A stretch of 64,000 nucleotides of DNA from Flavobacteriales bacterium (lineage in GTDB: Bacteria > Bacteroidota > Bacteroidia > JACJYZ01). Position numbers and translations under genes: made by a program. Position 1 is the stretch's first letter. Each line of letters begins with the position of its first letter. The notes beneath the pieces were generated by a model, which was not told the origin of the DNA, did no database searches, and was given only the letters and a program-made list of their open reading frames with translations. The stretch covers positions 238,020 through 302,019 of the forward strand of contig JACJYZ010000004.1 in assembly GCA_020635855.1 (NCBI GenBank), read 5' to 3'. Positions 10,242-20,229 of the stretch are shown here, in pieces.

Positions 10242-12155
10242 ATGAATGCAAAAGACTTATTTGACCAACTAAATGCAACGGATGAAGTAACGGAAATAGA
10301 AGCTAAGCCAAGCAGAGCTATTACGTCGTCTGTTATGGAAACTGTATGTGCTTTTGCAAATGAACCAGGGCTTGGAGGAGGGTATATTTTGATTGGTGCA
10401 AGGAAGGATCCATCTAGCCTATTTCCCCAATATATCATTGACCCCATTCTGGATCCTGACAAGATTCAATCGGATTTTGCAACTCAATGTGCTAGTTCAT
10501 TCAATATACCAATAAGGTCAGAGATTAGAATTGAAAAAGTGAATGATAAAACCGTTGCGGTAATAAAAGTCCCTGAGCTTCCTAAAGAACAAAAACCTTT
10601 GTATTTCAAATCCAAAGGGCTTCCTGAAGGCGCATACAGGCGTATAGGCCCAACAGACCATCGATGTACAGAGGATGATTTGCCTATTTTTTATTCCGAT
10701 CAAAAAACCTTTGATCAATCACCTCTAGATTATACAAGCATCGCTGATATTGATGAAGTTGCTTTAAAACGTTATCGAGACCTTCGCACAAATATTAATC
10801 CAGCTGCTGAAGAACTGACTTATAGTGATTCTGAATTACTTCAGTCACTTGGTGGGATAGCTATTGATGGGTCTCAACGCATCACAGTGTCAGGAATGTT
10901 GCTGTTTGGAAAACTAACAAGTTTGCGGAGAGTATTTCCTATGATGCGAGTGGATTATATAAGGATTCCTGGTAATGAATGGATTGCAAATCCTGATGAA
11001 AGATTTACAACTGTTGATATGAGAGGGCCCCTGCTAACCCTTGTTTTTCGGATTGTGGATGCAATCTATTCAGATCTTCCAAAGGGATTCCGACTAGAGG
11101 ATAAAGATATTCAAGCTGACACGATTGGTATGCCGGTAAAGGCGCTGAGAGAGGCTGTAACAAATGCTCTAATGCACCGCTCGTACCGTGTCAATTCTCC
11201 TATTCAAGTAATCCGTTACGATAACAGGCTTGAAATTGTTAACCCAGGATTCTCCTTGAAATCTGAAGAACAATTAGGTTCACCTGGATCTGAAACGCGC
11301 AACCCATATATTGCTGCTGTTTTTCATGAAACAAACCTTGCAGAAACAAAAGGTTCTGGAATTAAGGCAATGAGAAAGTTGTTATCTGGTGCCCATCTTG
11401 CGCCACCAACTTTTGAATCTGACAGAGTTCATAACAAATTTACTGCTCGTCTTCTATTGCATCATTTTCTTTCCAAATCTGATTTAGATTGGTTAGCTAA
11501 TTATGGTGACGTTGACCTTAATGATAAGCAAAAACAGGCATTAATATTTGTTAGGGAGGTTGGAGCAATTGACAATAACACATACCGGCAGTTGTCAGAT
11601 ATAGATACTCTCAAGGCAAGCACAGAACTACGCTATCTCAGGGATAACAATTTGTTAAAACAATTAGGAAAAGGCAGGGGAACATACTATGTAGCAGGTG
11701 ATAGGCTGGATATAGAATCCAGTGGTTCCGGTTCGGCATCTGTTGAAATAGCTGCTCCAGGAAGTATGGATATGAATGCTGAATCTAGTAACACAGAAGA
11801 TAGCACGGTAAACACAGAAGGTTTAACAGCTGATAATCATTCAAATAGGACAAACACAGAAGCTAATACTATTAACACAGAGGGTGAAACATTGTGGAAT
11901 GAACTCACACCAACATTACAAACTCAATTGAATTCGCTAAAGAAAAGAGAAAATAATGCAGAAAAGATTAAGAATATCATCGTTGAACTATGCAGTCTAA
12001 GAGAGTATAGATTATCTGAGTTAGCTCTACTAATAGGTAAAGATGAAAATTGGATAAGCAGAACATACATTAAACCACTAATCCAAGACGGTAGACTTTC
12101 TTATACCATTCAAGAAATGATTAGTCATCCCAAACAGGCTTACAAAGCAAAATAA
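10242..12155 (+). CDS. AlbA_2 (divergent AAA, Schlafen-like) + HATPase_c_4 + winged-helix putative DNA-binding ATPase with a long low-complexity T/N/E-rich C-terminal extension
   Basis: N-terminus ...VTEIEAKPSRAI...CAFANEPGLGGGYILIGA matches the AlbA_2 divergent-AAA pattern. ALREAVTNALMHRSYRVNSPIQVIRYDNRLEIVNPG matches the HATPase_c_4 pattern. It is followed by HTH-like segments and a TE/N-rich repeat tail. The gene and its flanks are about 40% GC against about 55% for the surrounding DNA. Confidence 0.7.
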   Translation: MNAKDLFDQLNATDEVTEIEAKPSRAITSSVMETVCAFANEPGLGGGYILIGARKDPSSLFPQYIIDPILDPDKIQSDFATQCASSFNIPIRSEIRIEKVNDKTVAVIKVPELPKEQKPLYFKSKGLPEGAYRRIGPTDHRCTEDDLPIFYSDQKTFDQSPLDYTSIADIDEVALKRYRDLRTNINPAAEELTYSDSELLQSLGGIAIDGSQRITVSGMLLFGKLTSLRRVFPMMRVDYIRIPGNEWIANPDERFTTVDMRGPLLTLVFRIVDAIYSDLPKGFRLEDKDIQADTIGMPVKALREAVTNALMHRSYRVNSPIQVIRYDNRLEIVNPGFSLKSEEQLGSPGSETRNPYIAAVFHETNLAETKGSGIKAMRKLLSGAHLAPPTFESDRVHNKFTARLLLHHFLSKSDLDWLANYGDVDLNDKQKQALIFVREVGAIDNNTYRQLSDIDTLKASTELRYLRDNNLLKQLGKGRGTYYVAGDRLDIESSGSGSASVEIAAPGSMDMNAESSNTEDSTVNTEGLTADNHSNRTNTEANTINTEGETLWNELTPTLQTQLNSLKKRENNAEKIKNIIVELCSLREYRLSELALLIGKDENWISRTYIKPLIQDGRLSYTIQEMISHPKQAYKAK

Positions 12156-12218
12156 TTAAGGACTTCCAGAACCAAATAGCGTTAACAACAAGGAAATACC
12201 TTATTTGTGAAACCCAGC

Positions 12219-13226
12219 CTAATCCTTGATGAACCTGGCCATCTTGCCTCCACGTCCTACGGCCCATCCACCGTCGTCGGTCAGGGTACAAGCGTAGTAA
12301 CCATCGGTACCCAACGAATCCCAGATAACGCCACCGTCGGTTGAATAATCCGAACCTGTTCTTCCTACTGCCACCAGCATGCCGTTGTGGTATGCCACGC
12401 AGGAACGATACCCGCGAGGTGGCCGCTTACCTTCCCGCCAACCTTGTCCGCCATCATCGGTGATGGCGCAGACGCCTTTGGTGTTGGTGGAGTCGGTATA
12501 GCTTCCCCCTACCACAACTCCTTCCATGTCATTCCGGAAGGCCATGGAAAAAATGCCGGCCGCCTCTCCGCTTTGCATATGGGGAATCTCAAAAACCTTC
12601 CATTCGTTCTGATCTGCGGACCACCTGAACACGCGTGCATGTTCACCTCCTCCGGTTCCGATGTACACGGTGTTCTTCATCGCCACAATACCTGTTCCGC
12701 TGGCCGCGAAACCGGCCTCGCCCTTCAGTGGTTTGGGAATAGTGGTTGCGTCCATGGCCTTCCAGGTTTGTCCACCATCCGTGGTGCGGAGCACAAACAT
12801 GTAATGATTCATGGGATCTCCGAATGCATAGCCGGTATCGGAACCATTGAATGCCATGCCATCCAGAAATACAGATGGGTCGGTGTTTTCGTATACTTTC
12901 TCCCAGGATGCACCCCCGTTCTCCGTCAGGAAAATCATACCCGGACTGCCGGCGGTCATCACCAGGGCGCGGTTGGCATCGAATGCCTGGATATCCCGAA
13001 GGTCAAGGCCTTTGGCTGCAGCAATGGTATCTACCCGCCACGTTCTGCCGTCATCCGCACTCTGGATCCAGGTGGCGTTGGTACCGCTTGCCCAGATCAC
13101 ACCGGGAGCCGGGGTTGAAAGTCCGCGGAGACTGGCATCGGTCACAGGTGACACGGGAAGCCATGCAGGTTGTGCAAGACCGGTAAGGGTCGATAGGAAA
13201 AGGCCGATGAGGAAAAAGATCCTCAT
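12219..13226 (-). CDS. Secreted BNR/Asp-box repeat protein (Ycf48-like / sortilin-type beta-propeller)
   Basis: Signal peptide MRIFFLIGLFLSTLTGLAQ. Repeated S/TxDGGxTW Asp-box motifs (SADDGRTW, TENGGASW, TTDGGQTW, TDDGGQGW, STDGGVIW). Confidence 0.6.
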   Translation of the reverse strand: MRIFFLIGLFLSTLTGLAQPAWLPVSPVTDASLRGLSTPAPGVIWASGTNATWIQSADDGRTWRVDTIAAAKGLDLRDIQAFDANRALVMTAGSPGMIFLTENGGASWEKVYENTDPSVFLDGMAFNGSDTGYAFGDPMNHYMFVLRTTDGGQTWKAMDATTIPKPLKGEAGFAASGTGIVAMKNTVYIGTGGGEHARVFRWSADQNEWKVFEIPHMQSGEAAGIFSMAFRNDMEGVVVGGSYTDSTNTKGVCAITDDGGQGWREGKRPPRGYRSCVAYHNGMLVAVGRTGSDYSTDGGVIWDSLGTDGYYACTLTDDGGWAVGRGGKMARFIKD

Positions 13227-13230
13227 GCCA

Positions 13231-14490
13231 TTACAAGTTCAGCAAAAGCTCATCGGCATCTTTGCCACCGGTGAGCATGCGGATGGGATCTTCCAGCATT
13301 TGTTTCACATTCACCAGGAACCCAACGGAGTCTTTGCCGTCGATGATGCGGTGGTCATAGGAAAGTGCCACATACATGATCGGGCGGATTTCCACCTGGC
13401 CGTTCACAGCCACGGGGCGCTCCACAATGTTGTGCATACCCAGGATGCCGCTCTGGGGCGGGTTGATGATGGGTGTAGACAACATTGAACCGAACACGCC
13501 ACCGTTGGTGATGGTGAAGGTACCGCCGGTCATTTCGTCGATGGTGATCTTTCCGTCGCGCGCCTTAACGGCCAGGATGCCGATGTTGCGCTCAATGTCA
13601 GCCAGCGACATTTGTTCGGCATTGCGCAGCACGGGAACCATGAGTCCCTTGGGTGTACTCACGGCGATACCCACATCCGCATAGCGGTGGTGAACGATTT
13701 CTTCGCCATCGATCATGGCGTTCACGTTCGGATAATTTTTCAATGCCTCGGTCACCGCTTTGGTGAAGAACGACATAAAGCCGAGTTTCACACCGTGCGT
13801 TTTCTCGAAGGCATCTTTGTATTTTTTGCGCAAGCTCATGAGGCGACTCATGTCTACTTCATTGAAGGTAGTGAGCATGGCCGTTTCGTTCTTCACGGCT
13901 ACCAGTCGCTGTGAAAGCTTTCTACGCAGGCTCGACAGTTTCTGACGTTCGATCTCTCTACCTCCCCAACCGGGTGCGGCTGCACCGGTGCCATTTGCCA
14001 GGGCGCTGAGCACATCTCCCTTGGTCACCCTGCCGTTCTTTCCTGTGCCTTGCACGGACCCTGAAGACATGCCGTTTTCATCCATCATCTTCTTGGCGGC
14101 CACAGACGGAAGACCGGTGGCGTAGTTGGAAGATGATTGTACCGGAGCTGCTTCGGACTTGGCGGGTTCTGCTGTTTTGGCTGCAGCAGCGGTTTCTTGT
14201 TTCGCCTCCTCTTTCTTAGGTTCAGCTTTTGCTTTCTGGCCCTCCGGTGCTTTGGCTGAAGTATCAATGGTGCAAACCTTGTCGCCGACTTTCACGGTAC
14301 TGCCTGCTTCCACCAGGATCTTAACCTTTCCGGCTGCTTCTGCATTCAACTCGAGGGTGGCTTTATCGGAATCGATCTCGGCCAGCACCTGGTCTTTTTC
14401 CACATAGTCGCCGTCCGCCACCAGCCAATTGGCAATTTCAACTTCGGTGATGGATTCACCGGGACTGGGGATGGTCATTTCAAGGGCCAT
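13231..14490 (-). CDS. sucB: Dihydrolipoyllysine-residue succinyltransferase, E2 component of 2-oxoglutarate dehydrogenase
   Basis: N-terminal lipoyl domain ([11 protein letters not shown]). Ala/Pro-rich linker. C-terminal 2-oxoacid dehydrogenase acyltransferase catalytic motif (DHRIIDG). Located immediately downstream of sucA. Confidence 0.9.
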   Translation of the reverse strand: MALEMTIPSPGESITEVEIANWLVADGDYVEKDQVLAEIDSDKATLELNAEAAGKVKILVEAGSTVKVGDKVCTIDTSAKAPEGQKAKAEPKKEEAKQETAAAAKTAEPAKSEAAPVQSSSNYATGLPSVAAKKMMDENGMSSGSVQGTGKNGRVTKGDVLSALANGTGAAAPGWGGREIERQKLSSLRRKLSQRLVAVKNETAMLTTFNEVDMSRLMSLRKKYKDAFEKTHGVKLGFMSFFTKAVTEALKNYPNVNAMIDGEEIVHHRYADVGIAVSTPKGLMVPVLRNAEQMSLADIERNIGILAVKARDGKITIDEMTGGTFTITNGGVFGSMLSTPIINPPQSGILGMHNIVERPVAVNGQVEIRPIMYVALSYDHRIIDGKDSVGFLVNVKQMLEDPIRMLTGGKDADELLLNL

Positions 14491-14523
14491 AACTTGAGGG
14501 GTTTTATAACATGCTGACGTGGA

Positions 14524-17271
14524 TTATTCCACGCCCATTTCTAATCCTTTTTTGTGCTTGGCAAACACCTGGTCTATGATGGCCTGGTGTCGTTTCTCAA
14601 ACTTCTTGTAAGATCCGGTTGCGGGCGCTCCGCTGGCCGGCTGGCTGATGCACTGGATCGGCTTTTTGAACATGCGGATCATGAACGGCCATGCGCCCAT
14701 GTTCTCCGGTTCTTCCTGCGCCCATACATAGGAAGTGGCCTTCTTGTATTTCTCCATCAGCGCATTCACCTGTTTCTCAGGGTAAGGATACATCTGTTCG
14801 ATGCGAATGATCGCCACATCCTTTACACCCAGTTTTTCTTTTTGTTCGGAAAGATCATAATAGAACTTGCCTTGGCAGAACACCAGCTTCTTCACCACAT
14901 CTTCGTCGGTTTTCGCGTCATCGATCACCTCCTGGAAACCGCCCTTTGCCAGTTCATCCATGGTGGAAACACAGCTCGGGTAACGCAACAGTTTTTTCGG
15001 GGTAAAGATGACCAGCGGTTTTCTGAACTCACGGTGCAACTGACGTCGCAATGCGTGGAAGAAATTGGCAGGTGTGGTACAGTTCACCACCTGCATGTTG
15101 TTTTCCGCGCACAGCGACAGGAAACGTTCAAGGCGTGCGCTGGAGTGTTCGGCACCCATGCCTTCATATCCGTGCGGCAGGTAAAGCACCAGTCCGTTGT
15201 GCTTCTTCCACTTGTCTTCCGCACTGCTCAGGAACTGGTCGATAATGATCTGTGCACCATTGAAGAAGTCGCCGAACTGAGCTTCCCACACGGTGAGCAC
15301 ATTGGGTGATGCGAGTGCATATCCGTATTCAAATCCCAGCACACCGTATTCCGAGAGCAGGGAATTGTAAATCATGAAGCGGGCCTGCTTGGGGTCGAGG
15401 TTGGCCAGAGGCACATATTGTTCTTCCGAATCTTCCACCCTCACCACAGCGTGGCGGTGGGAGAAAGTTCCGCGTTCCACATCCTGTCCGCTGATACGCA
15501 CCGGATATCCTTCCATGAGCAAACTGCCGTATGCCAGCAGTTCGCACATGCCCCAATCGAGCTTGTTGTTATCGATCATTTCCCTGCGATCGGCCATGAT
15601 GCGCTCGATCTTCTTGAAGAACTTCGTGTTCTTGGGCAGGTGGTTGATCTTATCTGCGATTTTTTTCAGTTGTGTCTTCTTGACTGCAGTCACCGGTGAC
15701 TGATCAAAATCCTCCGGACTTGCCGGACGGATACCCTTCCAGTCGCCTTCGAGGAAACTCAGGCGGTTGCCGCTGGAGGAATGCTTGACTTCATTGAGTT
15801 TTTCTTCGAGGGTCGCCTTGAATTCATCCTGCATCTTTTCAGCGATCCGGGTGTCCTCGATCGCTTTGGACGACATCAGTTTATCGATGTAGATCTTCCG
15901 GGGATCCGGGTGATTGGCGATGGCTTTGTACAGCAAAGGTTGGGTAAACCTGGGTTCGTCGCCTTCGTTGTGGCCGTGTTTGCGGTAGCAAAGCAGGTCG
16001 ATGAACACATCTCCGTGAAAGGTCTGGCGGTATTCCATGGCCAGGTTGATGGTGTATACCAGTGACTCCACATCATCACCGTTCACGTGGAAAACCGGAC
16101 ACAGGGTCACCTTACCCACGTCGGTGCAGTAGGTACTGGAGCGTGCATCAATGTAGTTGGTGGTGAATCCCACCTGGTTGTTGATGACGATGTGGATGGT
16201 TCCACCCGTTCGGTAGCCGCTGAGTTGCGCCATCTGCACCACTTCATATACGATGCCCTGACCTGCGATGGATGCATCTCCGTGAATGAGGATGGGGGCA
16301 ATGCGGTTCTCATCGTTGCCGAAACGCCTGTCGAGCTTGGCACGTGCAATACCCTGCACCACCGGGTCAACCGCCTCGAGGTGGCTGGGGTTCGGAGACA
16401 GGGTCAGGTGAATTTTTTTACCACTGCGGGAGACCACGTCACCGGAGTAACCCATGTGGTACTTCACGTCGCCGTCAAAGAGGCTGTCGTCATCGAATTC
16501 TTTTCCTTCAAACTCGTTGAAGATCTCGCTGTAGGTTTTACCCATTACGTTGGCGAGTACGTTCAGGCGACCGCGGTGGGCCATGCCGATTACATAGTAT
16601 TCGATGCCCAGTTCGGCGCCTTTCTCGATCACCGAATCCAGGGCGGGGATCAGGGTCTCGGCGCCTTCCAGTGAAAACCTCTTCTGTCCTACATACTTGG
16701 TGTGAAGGAAGTTTTCGAAGACCACCGCTTCGTTGAGTTTCTTGAGGATGTGGGTTTTTTCTTCGGCCGAAAGGTTGGGGGTATTCCGCACCGATTCCAT
16801 CTTTTCCCTCAGCCAGGTGGCCACTTCGGGTTTGCGGATGTAGGCAAACTCCACACCGATGGACTGGCAATAGGTTTGTTTGAGGTGCGCAATGATGTCA
16901 TTCAGCGTGGCGGGCCCGATGCCGATCTCGCTGCCTGCCTGGAAAACCGTATCCAGATCGGATGCTTCCAATCCGAAGTTCTCGATATCAAGGGTAGGCG
17001 AATACTTCCGTCGTTCGCGCACCGGATTGGTTTTGGTGAACAGGTGCCCGCGCTGACGGTAGCCGTTGATCAGGTTGATCACACGGAATTCCTTGTCCAT
17101 GATTTCCGGGACGGCTTGTCCCGTGCCTTCGAAAGACGCTTTGGAGAATTCGAATCCCTCAAAGAATTTCCTCCATCCGAAATCAACCGATTCAGGGTCT
17201 TTTCGGTACTGCTGATACAGGGCATCCAGTGCCGCTGCATCCGCATTTCCCAGGTAGGTGCTTTTATCCAT
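14524..17271 (-). CDS. sucA: 2-oxoglutarate dehydrogenase E1 component
   Basis: 915-aa protein with the TPP-dependent E1 (OGDH) architecture. Strongly conserved blocks ([38 protein letters not shown]-like) are visible. Confidence 0.92.
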   Translation of the reverse strand: [915 protein letters not shown]

Positions 17272-17373
17272 CTAAACCTCGCATTTGCCGATCGTGAATC
17301 TTACAAAGTTAAGAGTATTCCGATTAGATAATAATACGGAACCCCATAGACCAGCCAGACATATGAAAATTCG

Positions 17374-17739
17374 TTATTTTTTGAAATGATGCCTGAACCA
17401 TACTTTCTGCAATTCTCTTCCTAATATAAGTTGCGTAATGAGCGCTTCGGTGGATTGTTCCGGGAACATCGCCATGGCACGGTGCAGACGCTGTTCGGGT
17501 ACATCCACCCTGTAAAGAAATGCAAACAGGCTGTTGCGGTCGGATCGCAACCACTTCGCGATCACTTCTTCCACACGCTGCTTGTTGGCTTTATACCCGT
17601 TTTGCAGATCAAGGTCGATATGAATATCCTCCCCGAACAAACCCAGGTCCTTTTCAAGCTGCAACATCACTTCCCGGAACCATTCCGGTTTTGACAGGGT
17701 TTGTACGACTTCCAGGCCGAAGGGGTTATCAAAGTCCAT
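17374..17739 (-). CDS. Hypothetical protein (121 aa), likely co-transcribed downstream of nadE
   Basis: Only substantial ORF covering this interval. No recognisable motif. Confidence 0.4.
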   Translation of the reverse strand: MDFDNPFGLEVVQTLSKPEWFREVMLQLEKDLGLFGEDIHIDLDLQNGYKANKQRVEEVIAKWLRSDRNSLFAFLYRVDVPEQRLHRAMAMFPEQSTEALITQLILGRELQKVWFRHHFKK

Positions 17740-17743
17740 GATT

Positions 17744-19390
17744 TCAGGAAAGATATTTGCCTTCGATGGGCATCCGCCTGCCCATTCCGAATGCCTTGGG
17801 AGACACCCTTAAAACCGGTGGTGACTGAAAACGTTTGTATTCATTGGTATTGACCAGCGACAAGGTGCGTCTGACAATACTTTCATCAAAACCCATGGCC
17901 AGGATCTCACGCGGGCCTTTTCTCAGTTCGATGTATTGATGGAGTATTTTGTCCAGCACATCGTATTCCGGCAGGCTGTCGCTGTCTTTCTGGCCGGGCC
18001 GCAATTCCGCCGATGGCGCCTTGGTGAGGATGTTGGCAGGAATCCGCTCACCGTCACGGTTCAGGTAACGGGCAAGTTCGTACACATCTGTTTTATAGAG
18101 GTCGCCGATCACCGAAAGTCCGCCACACATATCTCCGTACAGTGTGCCGTATCCCACGGCGGCTTCACTTTTGTTGGATGTATTGAGCAGCACCATCCCG
18201 AATTTATTGGCCAATGCCATCAGCACAAGTGCGCGCAACCGCGCCTGGATGTTTTCTTCCGCAACGTTGAACGGCAAGTCGCCGAATACCGGCTGCATGG
18301 TTTGCAAGGCTGTTTCGTACAGGGATGATATGGAGATATGATGCTGGTGGCAACCCAGGTTATGTACCAGCACTTCCGAATCGGTAACAGAATGTTCCGA
18401 GCTGAAAGGAGACGGCATCATGACCGCTGTTACGTTCTCTTTGCCCAATGCATCAACGGCGAGCACCAGGGTAACCGCAGAATCAATGCCTCCGGATAAT
18501 CCAAGCACAGCTTTCGACAAACCCAGCTTGGTAAAATAATCCCTTATTCCGAGCACAAGTGCGTGATGGATCTGCGCCATGCGCGAGCCGTGATCGGTTC
18601 TCCCGCTTCCGCTGGCCTTTCCGCACACGACATCATTGACATCAAATACCCGGAGGTCTTCCTCGAAATAGGCCATTTCCTCCACCACATCCCCCTTGGG
18701 GTCAATCACCAGAGATCCCCCGTCGAAAATAAGTTCGGTTTGCGCACCCACCAGGTTCACATAAAACAGAGGCAGACCGTACCGGGTCGCATTGGTACGC
18801 ATGACCTCCCTTCTGTCCGCCGCGTGGTTGTATGAAAACGGGGAGGCGGAAATATTAATCATCACATCCGGTCTCTGCACCTGAAGTTCCTTCATCGGAG
18901 AAATGGTGTACAGCGGATCCGACTCATCCACGTCCCACAAGTCTTCACAAATGGTCAGCGCAATGCGGTGCCCTTTGAACTCCACCACATCGAAACGGCG
19001 GTTCGGTTCGAAATACCTGTATTCATCAAACACATCATAGTTCGGCAGCAGGCTTTTGTGACGAATGGCGTTCACCTTTCCATCGGCAAGCAGGTAGGCC
19101 GAGTTGTGCAGGTTCTTACCCAGCGGATCGGGGTTGATGGACGGCCCGCCGATGATGGCGGCGATGTCGGTACACCCGGCCGCAATCTCATCCATGGTTT
19201 GGCGGCACTGAGTGATGAAGTCCTCGAATTCCAAAAAGTCCCTGGGAGGATATCCGCAAATGGCCAGTTCCGGAAAAACGACCAGATCGGCTTGCTGCCG
19301 GCGCCCGGCCTGCAGGGCATTTTGTATGGCCCGGCGGTTGGCTTCAAAATCACCAACGCGACAATTGATCTGTGCTAAAGCGATGCGCAT
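17744..19390 (-). CDS. nadE: Glutamine-dependent NAD+ synthetase (nitrilase domain fused to NAD synthetase domain)
   Basis: MRIALAQINCRVGDFEANRR is a CN-hydrolase N-terminus. The C-terminal half has the PP-loop ATP pyrophosphatase motif (GLSGGIDSAV). Confidence 0.9.
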   Translation of the reverse strand: MRIALAQINCRVGDFEANRRAIQNALQAGRRQQADLVVFPELAICGYPPRDFLEFEDFITQCRQTMDEIAAGCTDIAAIIGGPSINPDPLGKNLHNSAYLLADGKVNAIRHKSLLPNYDVFDEYRYFEPNRRFDVVEFKGHRIALTICEDLWDVDESDPLYTISPMKELQVQRPDVMINISASPFSYNHAADRREVMRTNATRYGLPLFYVNLVGAQTELIFDGGSLVIDPKGDVVEEMAYFEEDLRVFDVNDVVCGKASGSGRTDHGSRMAQIHHALVLGIRDYFTKLGLSKAVLGLSGGIDSAVTLVLAVDALGKENVTAVMMPSPFSSEHSVTDSEVLVHNLGCHQHHISISSLYETALQTMQPVFGDLPFNVAEENIQARLRALVLMALANKFGMVLLNTSNKSEAAVGYGTLYGDMCGGLSVIGDLYKTDVYELARYLNRDGERIPANILTKAPSAELRPGQKDSDSLPEYDVLDKILHQYIELRKGPREILAMGFDESIVRRTLSLVNTNEYKRFQSPPVLRVSPKAFGMGRRMPIEGKYLS

Positions 19391-19449
19391 AAAAAAACCC
19401 GCTTGTATGGAAGCGGGTTCAAAGGTAAGAAAGATTGTGTGCCGGGATA

Positions 19450-20193
19450 TCAGAAAAGGACGCCCACGGTAAGGGCAACATAATTGGATACGGCCTTAGT
19501 TTCCAGGGCCGATCCATCTTTCTGTTTCAGCGATTTGCTTTCCTTCCCGAAGGTATTGCTGAAACCGTTGTTGTAGTTTACACCAAGCAACAGGGATGTG
19601 GATCCGGAAAAATTATACTCAACGCCGATACCCAGGTTCATGGCCACCCGCATGAGGTTGATGTCTTTGATCACATCCACATCTTCCTTCTTGACCGTTT
19701 GGGTGGAAGCATAGGTCGTGCCTTCATCTATAGCGCGTGACTTTATATTCAGTCCGAGGTTAAACCCGAATTGTCCGAAATAGGTCATATATCCGATCTC
19801 GTTCGTTTTCATTTTCAGCAGCACAGGCAGGTCTACGTACTGAAGGTCGAACTTTCTTTTGTTCAACTGAAAATACGCCTTGGTAGGATCTCCCGCATCC
19901 GACAGGTAATAGATGGAATCGGTGTAATTGATCTTGCCACCGGCATACGCCACATCCAAGCCCGTGACGAAGCTGTAGTTTTTTGCTACGCGGAACTCCG
20001 TGATCAATCCGTAAGAGAATTTTACCGTGGCACCACCGGACTCGAACAACTTCGAATCAGGTTTCAGCCAGGCCATGGAAGGCGCACCTTTCAAACCGAA
20101 ACGGAACTTGGCACCTTCATCATCCTGGGCATGCACACATGTAGAGGCGCCTACAAGAATCAACAATAAATAAAGGGGACGCAGGTTTTTCAT
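19450..20193 (-). CDS. Outer-membrane beta-barrel protein (PorT/OmpA-like beta-barrel family)
   Basis: Signal peptide MKNLRPLYLLLILVGASTCVHAQ. Amphipathic beta-strand pattern. C-terminal ...VGVLF aromatic terminus typical of OMPs. Confidence 0.6.
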   Translation of the reverse strand: MKNLRPLYLLLILVGASTCVHAQDDEGAKFRFGLKGAPSMAWLKPDSKLFESGGATVKFSYGLITEFRVAKNYSFVTGLDVAYAGGKINYTDSIYYLSDAGDPTKAYFQLNKRKFDLQYVDLPVLLKMKTNEIGYMTYFGQFGFNLGLNIKSRAIDEGTTYASTQTVKKEDVDVIKDINLMRVAMNLGIGVEYNFSGSTSLLLGVNYNNGFSNTFGKESKSLKQKDGSALETKAVSNYVALTVGVLF

Positions 20194-20229
20194 ATGGCGT
20201 GTGTTTGTCTAATTTAGTAGCCGTTTAAT

